Below are positions 18,950-29,162 of a stretch of DNA of 64,000 bases, one piece after another. Position numbers and translations under genes: made by a program. The stretch spans positions 32,001-96,000 of the forward strand of contig CAZLEV010000013.1 of the NCBI GenBank assembly GCA_964558645.1, given 5' to 3'. Origin of the DNA: an uncultured archaeon (GTDB lineage Archaea; Asgardarchaeota; Thorarchaeia; Thorarchaeales; Thorarchaeaceae). Within the stretch, counting starts at the first letter, position 1. Each line of letters begins with the position of its first letter. The notes beneath the pieces were generated by a model. The model was given only the letters and a program-made list of their open reading frames with translations. It ran no database searches and was not told the origin of the DNA.

Positions 18950-20047
18950 ATGGATATCTTCGTCTTGATGAACTGCCCGAATCACTCCGAAGAAAGGCAT
19001 GTTGCCTCCAGGACCGTGGGCTATTGCGGAGAATGCCTCATCGAAAATCCCGCACGGCTGCAAATAGCCTTGCTATCGCATGAAGCTCAAAGAAAGAAGA
19101 TGGGGCTTGTGTCAGTAGTCCCGTCAGACGGGAATACTGTATGTACGGAATGCGGAAACCACTGCAGACTCAGGGATGGCGAGACCGGGTTCTGTGGACT
19201 ACGTACTGCGAGAGAGGAATCCATCGTCGAGATATATCAGGACTCAGCAATCGTATCTTGGTATCGTGATCCGCTCCCAACGAACTGTGTCGCAGACTGG
19301 GTCTGTCCTGTCAGAGAACAGCATTGTGCGCCCAACGGAAAGAGAAGACATAATCTCGCAGTGTTCTATGGCTCCTGCAACTCCGACTGCCTGTTCTGTC
19401 AGAACTCGAGCTACAGAGACATGATGCGAGATGGGCATCCGCTGATGACTCCTGAGCAGTTGGCCTCCATGGTGAACGAAACTACAGCATGTATCTGCTA
19501 TTTCGGAGGGGACCCGTCCTGCAATGCTGAACACTCGATCAAGGCATCACGTATAGCCAATGAAGACAGAAGAGTTGCCATCTGCTATGAAACAAACGGA
19601 AATATCTCTCGAAAATGGCTTCACCCCATTGCAGATACCGTGGAGAACTATGGGGGCACTATCAAGTTTGACTTGAAGGCTGTTACTGAGGAGGTATACA
19701 CCGCTCTGACGGGCATCTCAAATACCACTACTCTTCGAAACTTCAGGATCTTGGCTGAAAGAGGACTGAATCGCGATGGTGAGAGTCTAGTTGCCAGCAT
19801 CCTATTGATACCTGGCTACGTGGGAACTAGAGAACTGAAGAAGATCTGTGAATTCATAGTTAGTTGTGACGATGCCATCCCCACTGCGCTCTTAGGATTC
19901 CAGCCCCACCACTGGATGAGAGACCTGCCAAGAACCAGTCAAGAGCATGCCGAGCAAGCCAAGAGTATTGCAGAAGAGGTGGGACTGAAGAATGTGCGAA
20001 TAGGCAATCGCGGACTGCTCTCAGCTGCAGATTATCTTACAGATTGA
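18950..20047 (+). CDS. Radical SAM protein (PFL-activating-enzyme/AmmeMemoRadiSam-like)
   Basis: CNSDCLFCQN (CxxxCxxC), FGGDP, ETNG; N-terminal CTECGNHC...GFCG; start may be 18968. Confidence 0.85.
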   Translation: MDIFVLMNCPNHSEERHVASRTVGYCGECLIENPARLQIALLSHEAQRKKMGLVSVVPSDGNTVCTECGNHCRLRDGETGFCGLRTAREESIVEIYQDSAIVSWYRDPLPTNCVADWVCPVREQHCAPNGKRRHNLAVFYGSCNSDCLFCQNSSYRDMMRDGHPLMTPEQLASMVNETTACICYFGGDPSCNAEHSIKASRIANEDRRVAICYETNGNISRKWLHPIADTVENYGGTIKFDLKAVTEEVYTALTGISNTTTLRNFRILAERGLNRDGESLVASILLIPGYVGTRELKKICEFIVSCDDAIPTALLGFQPHHWMRDLPRTSQEHAEQAKSIAEEVGLKNVRIGNRGLLSAADYLTD

Positions 20048-20136
20048 AAACAGAAGCACGCCGCCAGTGACTGAATCCTTATATCCTTCGAATCCTGCCA
20101 GCTGTCGTTATACAGCCGTAGCTTTGAGGACTCCCC

Positions 20137-20688
20137 ATGAATGACTCCATCTCAAGAGAAACGATAGAGAACGATTCCATTGACCCAGACTTCGTCGAAA
20201 AGATTGTTCAAGCAGGAGCGGACCGCATCAGAACGTGTATTCAGTGTGGAACATGCTCAAGTGTATGTCCGAGTGGTCGACGGACTGCATTCAGAACCAG
20301 AGAGCTCATGAGAAAGGCACTGCTGGGGTTGAAAGAAGAGGTGTTGAGCTCTCCAGACTTGTGGTTATGCGCGACGTGTCTCACCTGTCTTGAACGATGC
20401 CCAAGGCAGATCAAGGTGACCGATGCGATTGTCATCATGAGGAACATGGCTGTTGAGGAGGGTTTCATGCTTCCTCAACATAGAAAGGTGTCAAAGAAGC
20501 TGCTCCAGACAGGCCATGCTGTGCCTTTAGATGAGGCAAACCAAGAGATGCGAAAGGAATTGGAAATCCCAGAAATACCACCCACGGTTCATGCTCATGA
20601 GGATGCGCTGGAAGATGTCAAGGAGATCATGAAGAGAACTGGCTTTGATAAGCTCATTCAAGAGAAAGAGGGAGGAGAGAAAGAATGA
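20137..20688 (+). CDS. hdrC: Heterodisulfide reductase subunit C
   Basis: CIQCGTCSSVCPSG, WLCATCLTCLERCPR. Confidence 0.93.
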   Translation: MNDSISRETIENDSIDPDFVEKIVQAGADRIRTCIQCGTCSSVCPSGRRTAFRTRELMRKALLGLKEEVLSSPDLWLCATCLTCLERCPRQIKVTDAIVIMRNMAVEEGFMLPQHRKVSKKLLQTGHAVPLDEANQEMRKELEIPEIPPTVHAHEDALEDVKEIMKRTGFDKLIQEKEGGEKE

Positions 20689-21581
20689 CTGAAACAAGGA
20701 AGTATTCGTTCTTCTTGGGATGCGTGATGCCGAACCGATTCCCGAATGTAGAAAAGAGTATCAGAGAGGTATTGCCGAGAATTGGTATCGAGCTAGAGGA
20801 ACTTGAGGGTGCCAGCTGCTGTCCTGCTCCAGGAGTCATACGTTCATTTGATGAGCCAACTTGGTTGGCACTGGCTTCCCGAAACCTTGCACTTGCTGAG
20901 AAAGCAGGCAACGATCTGATAACCGGATGTAATGGTTGCTACGGTACTTTCAAGGAGACCTTGGCCGAACTCAGAGAAGATCCCGAACGGCTGAAAGAAG
21001 TGAAGGGGTATTTCCATGGACTAGGAATCCCATTCAAGGCCGAAGTAGATGCGAAGCACATCATCGAGGTCATCCATGAGATTGGACTTGAAGAAATCAA
21101 GGAACATATTGTACGCCCATTGGAGGGACTCAAAGTAGCAGTTCACTATGGATGTCATCTTCTGAAACCTAGTAATAACAGACCATGGGAGAAGACACAG
21201 CGACACACGTTTCTGGATGAACTTGTCGATGTCACGGGGGCAAAGAGTATTCCGTATAAAGACAAGTTCATGTGTTGTGGTGCAGGTGGAGGCGTACGAG
21301 GAAGCAATGTCCCAGTCAGTGTAGACATTGCCAAGGAGAAGCTTGACAATATGATAGAGGCAGGGGTCGATGCAATAGTCAATGTCTGCTCTTTCTGTCA
21401 TCTGCAGTTTGAGGTTTCACAGGCACAACTGAACAAGGAGCTTGGAGAACAGAGATACAAGATACCAGTGTTTTATTACACGCAGCTGTTGGGTCTGGCA
21501 ATGGGTATGGATCCACAGTCACTGGGACTTCACAAGCATGTTGTCAGCACGGAGAGCCTTCTTGATCGGCTTCTGACCTAG
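20685..21581 (+). CDS. hdrB: Heterodisulfide reductase subunit B
   Basis: FLGCVMP, CCPAPG, GCNGC, HYGCH, CCGAGGG, CSFCH. Confidence 0.93.
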   Translation: MTETRKYSFFLGCVMPNRFPNVEKSIREVLPRIGIELEELEGASCCPAPGVIRSFDEPTWLALASRNLALAEKAGNDLITGCNGCYGTFKETLAELREDPERLKEVKGYFHGLGIPFKAEVDAKHIIEVIHEIGLEEIKEHIVRPLEGLKVAVHYGCHLLKPSNNRPWEKTQRHTFLDELVDVTGAKSIPYKDKFMCCGAGGGVRGSNVPVSVDIAKEKLDNMIEAGVDAIVNVCSFCHLQFEVSQAQLNKELGEQRYKIPVFYYTQLLGLAMGMDPQSLGLHKHVVSTESLLDRLLT

Positions 21582-21582
21582 T

Positions 21583-22497
21583 TCAGAGCCACCTCTTAGC
21601 AGCAAAGTAGACGATTAGTGCCATGATGGCACTTGTAGCAACCATCGCAGCCAAGAAAGCAGCTGTTGTGTCTAGGGGAGGAACCACTGTTGTTGATGTG
21701 ATTGTAGTTGTTGTGGTTGTTGTAGTAAGCGTTGGGATAATACTCCCCGCTGTGAACGTACCATCCATCACTGCAGAAGTCGTATAGATGCCATCGGTTG
21801 CCCGTACTTCGACCGAATAGTTTCCATGACGGGTGAAGCCGGTGCTATTCCATTCGAACCAAGTACGGTTGAGACCTGAGGCGAGGAGTTGGAAAGTGGT
21901 GCCACCATCTTGAGAAATCAAAACCTCATACCTCAGGACTTCATCGGTGTTGTTGTCATAGCCGAACCAAGTGATGTTATTGATTCCGGTCCATATGTCA
22001 CCCGGTTCTGGAGACAATATCTCGACATGGGGGGCAAAGAAGTTGCCCAAAAAGACATTCGGCACCAATTCTGTGATGACAGTGCCATTAGTGAGGAGTG
22101 CTGACGCATTTACAAGGCAGGTGAAGTTGTTGCCGAGAGCCCGAGTATTGATGGACACAATATGAGAGGTAGTCCGATTTGAGATCACCTGTGGAACGAC
22201 CGTGGCATTGACCTCAATTATCGATTCATTGACCTGGTCTGGATGGCTCCACTCGACCAAGATGATGATGTTGTCTCCTGCTATATGACTTCCGCTCTTA
22301 AGAGGCGTTGGCGTTGTGTTCCAGCGCGAGTAGTAAAAGACCTGTGCGGTGGGAGTTTCCGCACTCAGGCTATATGAAGCTGATTCATCAAAGGCAGTCA
22401 AGATTGAGGATGGCATGTCTTCTAGAATTGCCCCTTTAGCGGAGAAGAGCAGGACAATGAAGACAAGGAGGTAGATAGCATCTCTCTGGCTCATCAT
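21583..22497 (-). CDS. Secreted, C-terminally anchored Ig/FN3-like protein with poly-Thr stalk
   Basis: Signal peptide (start probably 22497; ORF track starts 22614), many NxT/S sequons, Thr run, C-terminal TM plus basic tail. Confidence 0.7.
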   Translation of the reverse strand: MMSQRDAIYLLVFIVLLFSAKGAILEDMPSSILTAFDESASYSLSAETPTAQVFYYSRWNTTPTPLKSGSHIAGDNIIILVEWSHPDQVNESIIEVNATVVPQVISNRTTSHIVSINTRALGNNFTCLVNASALLTNGTVITELVPNVFLGNFFAPHVEILSPEPGDIWTGINNITWFGYDNNTDEVLRYEVLISQDGGTTFQLLASGLNRTWFEWNSTGFTRHGNYSVEVRATDGIYTTSAVMDGTFTAGSIIPTLTTTTTTTTITSTTVVPPLDTTAAFLAAMVATSAIMALIVYFAAKRWL

Positions 22498-22577
22498 GGC
22501 ATCCCTCATGTTATTAGCACGGTATCTTTCAGACAGCTGTATCTTGTCAGGTGTATACATAGTTCTAATCTTAGAAC

Positions 22578-23054
22578 CTACTCCTCTTCCTCTGGAAATG
22601 GCTGTTCCCTCCATATTCTGAAAGCTTCATACCATAATACAACACAGACTGAAGAAAGCAGCAACAGCAAGGCCAATGAGAACCAGTCGGAAAGGGCTCC
22701 CAGTAGAATCATTGTCGTAGATAGTGCAGCGAGAATGGAACTATAGAATGTTGCATAGAACAGGAACCGTGGCACCATGAGCCGTCCCTTTCCAATAAAC
22801 AGGTTCAACACACCAACGCGAACATCACGTCGGATGCTGTACTGACCATGAACATTCTTGTCTACCAAACCACAGCCCTTGAGCTTCTCCAGATGGTGCA
22901 TGGACAATGACGGGCTGGACAGACGTGCGCCGCGCTGTATCTCTCTGGCGGTCATAGGTGCGGTATGACGTAACATATACCAGTACACACGAAGGGTCTT
23001 GCCCTTAAGAGACTTGGAAAGTTCTTCTTCCGAGAGCTCGGCTTTCTTGGGCAA
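22578..23054 (-). CDS. Winged-helix transcriptional regulator with two C-terminal TM helices
   Basis: TLRVYWYML..AREIQR..LSSPSLSMHHLEKL...GLV wHTH, followed by hydrophobic helices. Confidence 0.78.
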   Translation of the reverse strand: MPKKAELSEEELSKSLKGKTLRVYWYMLRHTAPMTAREIQRGARLSSPSLSMHHLEKLKGCGLVDKNVHGQYSIRRDVRVGVLNLFIGKGRLMVPRFLFYATFYSSILAALSTTMILLGALSDWFSLALLLLLSSVCVVLWYEAFRIWREQPFPEEEE

Positions 23055-23264
23055 GACTTACCTCTCCAGTTTCGTCAGCCCTGTTCTGAACTCGGTTGCT
23101 CTTAAGCTTTGGTCGTTGCATAGATTTCGGAGGTCCCTTAAAGTAACGCCTAAATAGCTGAGAATTCAGCCCACTCGTGTGTAGACCGGCAGTATTGTTG
23201 GTTGCTTCACAGAACAACTCCTATGCGGTACAAGGTGACCGCAGTGGCCACGGAGTAACATCAT

Positions 23265-23618
23265 ATGTCAAGTGCTCGCAAGCCGATAACACCGAAACCA
23301 CCGAGAAGACGAGAGAAGGTTCTCGTTATTCTTCAAGAACAATGCAAAGAGTGTGGACTCTGTGTGGAGTTCTGCCCAAAGAATGTCCTTTGCTTTGACA
23401 TGGAGAAGTACAATCGCAAGGGGTACCATCCCGTTACAGCATGTGATATCGAGGCATGCGTGAACTGCGAGTTCTGTGAGAGAATCTGTCCGGATATGGC
23501 CATCTTCCTATCTGATAGCAATGAGGCACGTGAGGCATACGAAGAAGGGAAGCTGGAAGAAAATACTCTCATCCCGGAATTTGAGAAGGATGAAGAGGAA
23601 GGGTCTAAGGAGGAATGA
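23265..23618 (+). CDS. korD: 2-oxoacid:ferredoxin oxidoreductase delta subunit (ferredoxin)
   Basis: [28 protein letters not shown]; first gene of the operon. Confidence 0.85.
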   Translation: MSSARKPITPKPPRRREKVLVILQEQCKECGLCVEFCPKNVLCFDMEKYNRKGYHPVTACDIEACVNCEFCERICPDMAIFLSDSNEAREAYEEGKLEENTLIPEFEKDEEEGSKEE

Positions 23619-24760
23619 GGCCAGTGCCCGAGAGAGTTATGTTCACAATGGGAGATATTGCTGCAGCTGAAGGTGCGCTCAGTGCTGGATGTAGGTATTT
23701 TGGTGGATATCCAATCACTCCTGCTACTGAGATTGCAGAGTGGATGTCACGTCGTATGCCGGAGCTTGGGGGGGCATATGTTCAGTATGAGGATGAGATT
23801 GCATCAATCACCAGTGTGATTGGTGCGTCATGGACAGGGACGAAATCTATGACGGCAACATCCGGACCGGGAGTCAGCCTCATGTTGGAAGCCATCGGTC
23901 TGGCGGTCATGACAGAAACGCCGCTCGTTCTTATCAATATCATGCGTGGAGGACCGAGTACAGGACAACCCACAAGGGGTCAGCAGGGAGATATCATGCA
24001 GGCAAAGTGGGGAAGTCATGGAGACTATCAGATAATCGGACTCACCCCCGCCTCAGTCCAAGAGATGTTTGATCAGACTGTTCAGGCATTCAATCTTGCC
24101 GAGAAGTATAGAACACCCGTCTTTGTTCTTGCAGATGAAACCGTGGGACACATGCGTGAGAAACTAGTCATTCCTGACCAGAAGGACATCAAGATAGTCA
24201 ACAGGAAACAGCCAACAGGAAATCCGAGCGAGTACCTCCCATTTAAGGCGGATGATGACCTCGTTCCACCAATGGCGTTACTAGGTTCCAAGTATCAGTT
24301 CTACGCCACAGGACTCACTCACGATGAGCGCGGTTATCCAAGTGACAAGGAAGACATACAAATCGATCTAATTACTAGACTGAATGATAAGATTCTCAAG
24401 AATGCTGACGACATCATTGATCTTGAGAGGTATCAGCTTGATGATGCAGAGATTGCAGTCATAGCCTATGGCACACCATCACGGAGTGCTAGAAGAGCTA
24501 TTGCCATGGCACGAGAAGAGGGTATCAAGGCCGGGCTGCTCAGACTCAAGACAGTCTGGCCATTTCCGGAGGAGGCAGTGGCACGGCTTGGCACTGAAGT
24601 CGAACACATTATTGTGGCCGAACAGAACATGGGCCAGATATACCACATGGTGAGAGCAGCTGCAGCACCGACGCCCATCACGCTCATGAGAAAACCCGCG
24701 GGGATGCCTCAGTTGCCAGAAGAGATAACTCAGAAAATCAAGGAGATTGATTCCCAATGA
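23615..24760 (+). CDS. korA: 2-oxoacid:ferredoxin oxidoreductase alpha subunit
   Basis: [32 protein letters not shown]. Confidence 0.9.
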   Translation: MRPVPERVMFTMGDIAAAEGALSAGCRYFGGYPITPATEIAEWMSRRMPELGGAYVQYEDEIASITSVIGASWTGTKSMTATSGPGVSLMLEAIGLAVMTETPLVLINIMRGGPSTGQPTRGQQGDIMQAKWGSHGDYQIIGLTPASVQEMFDQTVQAFNLAEKYRTPVFVLADETVGHMREKLVIPDQKDIKIVNRKQPTGNPSEYLPFKADDDLVPPMALLGSKYQFYATGLTHDERGYPSDKEDIQIDLITRLNDKILKNADDIIDLERYQLDDAEIAVIAYGTPSRSARRAIAMAREEGIKAGLLRLKTVWPFPEEAVARLGTEVEHIIVAEQNMGQIYHMVRAAAAPTPITLMRKPAGMPQLPEEITQKIKEIDSQ

Positions 24761-25599
24761 CAACCACTCAGAAAACACTAAGCCATCCAATGGCCAAGTA
24801 TATCCGAGAAGACCGACTTCCTTGGATATACTGCCCCGGATGTTCCGTAGGTATTGTGACCAACATGGTCGCACGTGCAATCGACAAGTTGGAGATAGAT
24901 TTCAGCAAAGTTGTCATAGTATCAGGTATTGGTTGCACTGGGCGAACCTCTGGCTATTTCAAGACTGGAACCTTCCATACCACTCATGGTAGAGCCATTG
25001 CATTTGCTGAAGGTGTGAAGATTGCAAATCCAGACCTTGAAGTGATAGTCATAAGCGGTGACGGAGACATTGCTGCAATCGGCGGAAACCATCTAATCCA
25101 CGCATGTAGACGGAATATCGATATGACAGTGGTATGTGTCAACAACTTCAATTATGGCATGACCGGAGGGCAGTTCGGCCCAACCACTGAGCACGAGAGG
25201 TACTCACAGACAAGTCCACCCCCGATTGGAAACTACGAACACCCATTCAATCTCGTAAAACTTGCAGCGAGTTCTGGAGCATCTTTTGTTGCTCGTTGGA
25301 CAGCCGTTCAGGCAAGAAGAGCCGCACGTTCCATCCAGAGAGGGATCGAGAAGGAAGGTTTCTCCTTCATCGAGATCATCGGAGCTTGCCCAACGGCCTT
25401 TGGCAGGAGCAATCGCCTCGGCGATGGCGTTACCATGCACAAACACTTGCTCGAAGTCGCAGAGATACAGAATGGCTTGCCAGCCCACGAGGCAGAACTC
25501 GACTATGACACCAGAATCGTCTGTGGTGAGTTCGTGGATATTGATAAGCCAGAATACACAGACGTGATTAGTCGGATGCGGGGCAAGATTGAGGGGTGA
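24757..25599 (+). CDS. korB: 2-oxoacid:ferredoxin oxidoreductase beta subunit (TPP-binding)
   Basis: CPGC, SGIGC, HGR, GDGD...NN.YGMTGGQ. Confidence 0.9.
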   Translation: MTTTQKTLSHPMAKYIREDRLPWIYCPGCSVGIVTNMVARAIDKLEIDFSKVVIVSGIGCTGRTSGYFKTGTFHTTHGRAIAFAEGVKIANPDLEVIVISGDGDIAAIGGNHLIHACRRNIDMTVVCVNNFNYGMTGGQFGPTTEHERYSQTSPPPIGNYEHPFNLVKLAASSGASFVARWTAVQARRAARSIQRGIEKEGFSFIEIIGACPTAFGRSNRLGDGVTMHKHLLEVAEIQNGLPAHEAELDYDTRIVCGEFVDIDKPEYTDVISRMRGKIEG

Positions 25600-25603
25600 T
25601 CTG

Positions 25604-26164
25604 ATGGATAGATACGAAATCCGAATTGGAGGGTTTGGAGGCCAAGGAATTGTGACCATGGCGGTCGTCATGGGAGAAACCGCATCGCTACACGATGACA
25701 AATATGTAGTACAAACTCAGTCTTATGGCCCAGAGGCACGAGGCGGTGCATCAAAGAGTGAGGTTGTCATGGGCGATGAGGAGATTGACTATCCCAAGGT
25801 ACAGAATCCCGATGTCTTTATTGCCATGAGTCGAGCTGCATTTCTTTCTTATATCGGCGGTCTCAAGGAGAATGGAATTCTCATTATAGACCAAGACCTT
25901 GTCGATATCGAGGGCGACATACCTAAGGGGGTTCAGATCTACAAGATTCCCGCCACGAGAATTGCAGACGAGAAAGTCGGCAACAAACTCGCAACGAACG
26001 TCGTGATGCTGGGTGCATTTACGGCTATCACGGGTGCTCTCTCGGTTGAGGGTCTCAAGCGCCAGATCGAGGATCGCTGGCCACGCTTTGTGAAGACCAA
26101 CTTACAGGCCCTAGAATACGGATTCGAAGCTGGAGAAGAAGCTGAACCCGAGATTATCGAGTGA
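25604..26164 (+). CDS. korC: 2-oxoacid:ferredoxin oxidoreductase gamma subunit
   Basis: GFGGQG, QSYGPEARGG, NVVMLG. Confidence 0.9.
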   Translation: MDRYEIRIGGFGGQGIVTMAVVMGETASLHDDKYVVQTQSYGPEARGGASKSEVVMGDEEIDYPKVQNPDVFIAMSRAAFLSYIGGLKENGILIIDQDLVDIEGDIPKGVQIYKIPATRIADEKVGNKLATNVVMLGAFTAITGALSVEGLKRQIEDRWPRFVKTNLQALEYGFEAGEEAEPEIIE

Positions 26165-26210
26165 GAATCTCCTACCAGACGACCCAAATCCTGAAATCAT
26201 ACTATCATTG

Positions 26211-28193
26211 TCATATGGATTCTGCTTCTCGGTCCAGAGAGAGTAGTCGAGCATTGATTGCGACAATCACTGTACTCAGGGACATCAGTATTGCCCCTGC
26301 AGCAGGGCTCAGCAGGATGTTGGCCCAATAGAGAACCCCCGCGGCCAAGGGTATTGCAAAGGTATTGTATCCTGTTGCCCAGACCAGATTCTGGAGCATC
26401 TTGTTATAGGTGGTCTGAGACAGAGTGAGTATGACTGATACGTCTAGCGGATTGTTCCTTACAAGTACGATGTCTGCGGTTTCAATTGCAACATCTGTAC
26501 CTGCTCCAATAGCGATTCCAAGGTCAGCCGTTGCAAGAGCGGGAGCATCATTCACACCGTCTCCGACCATTGCAGTCAGATTCCCCCTATTTTGAACCTC
26601 CTCGACCTTTGCGGCCTTCTCATCAGGTAGTACTTCGGCGAAATAATCATCAAGTTCGAGCTCCTCGGCCACCCATTCTGCAACACCTTGGTTATCGCCT
26701 GTTAGCATCATGCACTGGATTCCCATGCTTTTCAGCTTAGCAATCGCATCTCGTGACTCATCGCGGATCACATCGGCAAGGGCCAGGACACCCTTGGGTT
26801 CTCCATCAATCAAAACATGGACTACCGTCTTGCCGCGTACATCGAATTCTTCGGTCGGAACAAAGTCGGTCTCTATTCCCTCTTCGCGCAGGTACCCGGG
26901 ACTGACCACCTTGACCTCCAAGTCACCCACGTAGCCCACTGCCCCCTTGCCGGGGATTGCAGTGAAATCATGTGCCTCTTCTAGGTCAATGGCGCGTTCA
27001 CGAGCCCCTCTAACAACTCCCTGAGCAATGGGGTGTTCGGACAGATTCTCGATGGAAGCCGCGAGCCGGAGAAGTTCCTCAGACTTGGTGCCTGACGTGG
27101 TAAGGACATCTGTGACAGAGAATTTCCCTTCTGTTAGAGTTCCTGTCTTGTCGAAGATAACAGCATCAAGGTCTCGTGCGCGCTCAAATGCCGCCCGGTT
27201 GCGAACGAGCAACCCATTCTTTGCTGATATGGAGGTAGACATGGCCACAACTAGGGGGATTGCAAGCCCCAGAGCATGAGGACACGTAATCACCATGACC
27301 GTCACCGCCCGCTCAATACCGAACTGAAGACCGAAACCCAGGCCGTACCAAGTCGAGAGAGTTATGCTTCCAGAAACCAGGGCTATGATCGTTAGAATGA
27401 AGGCTGCCCGATTTGCGAGATCCTGTGTCTTTGATTTGCTCTCCTGTGCCTCGCTGACAATCTTGACCACCTGGGACAGGTACGTATCCTCTCCCACCTT
27501 CTGTATCTCAACTCGAATGGTGCTCTCTCCGTTTATAGACCCACCAATCACCTCATCCCCAACGACTTTCTCAACCGGTTTAGACTCGCCAGTAATCATT
27601 GCCTCATTGATGGAGGTCGCCCCGTCTGTTATCTCACCATCAGAGGGAATCTTCTCACCCGGTTTCACCACGACCTCCTGTCCGGTCTCCAGTTCATCAA
27701 CAGGTATTTCCTCAATCGAACCATCAGATTGGACCACATGGGCGGTTGCTGGAAGAAGTTTCACAAGTTCCTCAAGTGCCTTGGAGGCCCCCATGACCGA
27801 CCTCATCTCAATCCAGTGGCCTGCCAACATGATATCAACAAGCGTAACCAACTCCCAGAAGAAGACACTTCCTTCGAATCCAAGAACAACAGCACCACTG
27901 TAGACATAAGCTACGGTGATCGCCACGGCAATCAGCGTCATCATCCCAGGCTTTCTGGACTCGAGTTCGTCCTTCATCCCTGAGAGAAACGGATATCCAC
28001 CGTAGAAGTACACAACCGTAGATAGCAAGAGTACAACGTACAGCGAACCGGTGAAGGCAAGGAATTCTATCCCGAGCCACTGTTGAATCGTTGGTGATAG
28101 AACGAGGATGGGTATCGTCAATATCGACGATATGACGAATCTTCTTTGGAAGTCTGCGACCATCTTCTTGTGGTGTTCGTGCTGTTTGCTCAT
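26211..28193 (-). CDS. copB: Copper-translocating P1B-type ATPase (CPH motif, CopB-like)
   Basis: TGES, CPHALGLA, DKTGT, SEHP, GDGVNDAP, YN and MSLST motifs, His-rich N-terminus. Confidence 0.9.
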   Translation of the reverse strand: MSKQHEHHKKMVADFQRRFVISSILTIPILVLSPTIQQWLGIEFLAFTGSLYVVLLLSTVVYFYGGYPFLSGMKDELESRKPGMMTLIAVAITVAYVYSGAVVLGFEGSVFFWELVTLVDIMLAGHWIEMRSVMGASKALEELVKLLPATAHVVQSDGSIEEIPVDELETGQEVVVKPGEKIPSDGEITDGATSINEAMITGESKPVEKVVGDEVIGGSINGESTIRVEIQKVGEDTYLSQVVKIVSEAQESKSKTQDLANRAAFILTIIALVSGSITLSTWYGLGFGLQFGIERAVTVMVITCPHALGLAIPLVVAMSTSISAKNGLLVRNRAAFERARDLDAVIFDKTGTLTEGKFSVTDVLTTSGTKSEELLRLAASIENLSEHPIAQGVVRGARERAIDLEEAHDFTAIPGKGAVGYVGDLEVKVVSPGYLREEGIETDFVPTEEFDVRGKTVVHVLIDGEPKGVLALADVIRDESRDAIAKLKSMGIQCMMLTGDNQGVAEWVAEELELDDYFAEVLPDEKAAKVEEVQNRGNLTAMVGDGVNDAPALATADLGIAIGAGTDVAIETADIVLVRNNPLDVSVILTLSQTTYNKMLQNLVWATGYNTFAIPLAAGVLYWANILLSPAAGAILMSLSTVIVAINARLLSLDREAESI

Positions 28194-28211
28194 GGCCAAT
28201 CCAGACTTAAC

Positions 28212-28225
28212 TATGATTTATCATA
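28212..28225. promoter_or_regulatory. TATGAT-N2-ATCATA palindrome next to the TATA-like element of copB (candidate operator)
   Basis: Perfect 6-bp inverted repeat between TTTAAT (minus strand, 28225-28230) and the start codon. Confidence 0.35.
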
Positions 28226-28274
28226 TTAAAGGGTTGACAAGTATTCATTTTCTGGGATTGGAAGAATCTCAGCC

Positions 28275-29162
28275 TTAGACCTTGGACTTGAGAAGACTCC
28301 TCAACCGATCAAAGTCAACATCACGTTGGAAGAGCGGACGTTTGTCATCTTGATACACCGTCGAATGCTGCTCGAAAGTCGGTTGTCCCGATTCCGAATA
28401 GAACACACCGAGAGGGAGCTTATCAGTCTCAAGTGCCTTCTCGAAAGCAGCAGCCCTATCACCTGGGTTGTGGTTCTCGTCTAAGTAATAGGTGTTCTTC
28501 CTGAACCAACCAAAGGTGTTGAGCTTGTTGTAGGTAACACAGGGTTGGAAGATGTCTAGAAAAGCAAGGCCCTTGTGACGGATTGCCTTCTTCATGAGTT
28601 CCTTGGACTCGTCTTCATCACCGATGAAGGCACGTGCAACAAAGGTTGCTCCCATGGAGATAGCGAGAGCGATTGGGTTGAATGGCGTGTTAGTCACCCC
28701 GCCGCGGTCAGCAGTCTGTACTGGGGTTTCGAAGTCCTCTCTGCTGGTGGGAGAAGCTTGGCCTTTCGTGAGGCCATAGACCATGTTGTTGTGCACAAGA
28801 ACCGTTATGTCAGGATTGCGGAGCATGGTATGAAGGAAGTGGTTGCCTCCCTCCCCATACATACATCCATCACCACTCTCCGCGATGACCGTCAGCTCTG
28901 GATTTGCCGCCTTGATGGCCAGAGCAGGAGGCAATGATCGACCATGAAGGCCGTTGAACAAATTCACACGGATATAATGGGGTATCTTTGCTGCCTGCCC
29001 TATTCCTGATGTCATGACTATTTCTTGAGATGTTAATTCCAGTTCGGCAAGGGCTTGCATTAGGACCTTTCGTATCCTGAAGTTCCCGCAACCCGGACAC
29101 CAAGCAATGTCGTAGTCCACGTCATCCATCATCTCGAAGTCTTCTGGTTTCAAATCTGACAC
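28275..29162 (-). CDS. 2-oxoacid:ferredoxin oxidoreductase beta subunit (second, two-subunit type)
   Basis: [30 protein letters not shown]. Confidence 0.9.
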   Translation of the reverse strand: MSDLKPEDFEMMDDVDYDIAWCPGCGNFRIRKVLMQALAELELTSQEIVMTSGIGQAAKIPHYIRVNLFNGLHGRSLPPALAIKAANPELTVIAESGDGCMYGEGGNHFLHTMLRNPDITVLVHNNMVYGLTKGQASPTSREDFETPVQTADRGGVTNTPFNPIALAISMGATFVARAFIGDEDESKELMKKAIRHKGLAFLDIFQPCVTYNKLNTFGWFRKNTYYLDENHNPGDRAAAFEKALETDKLPLGVFYSESGQPTFEQHSTVYQDDKRPLFQRDVDFDRLRSLLKSKV

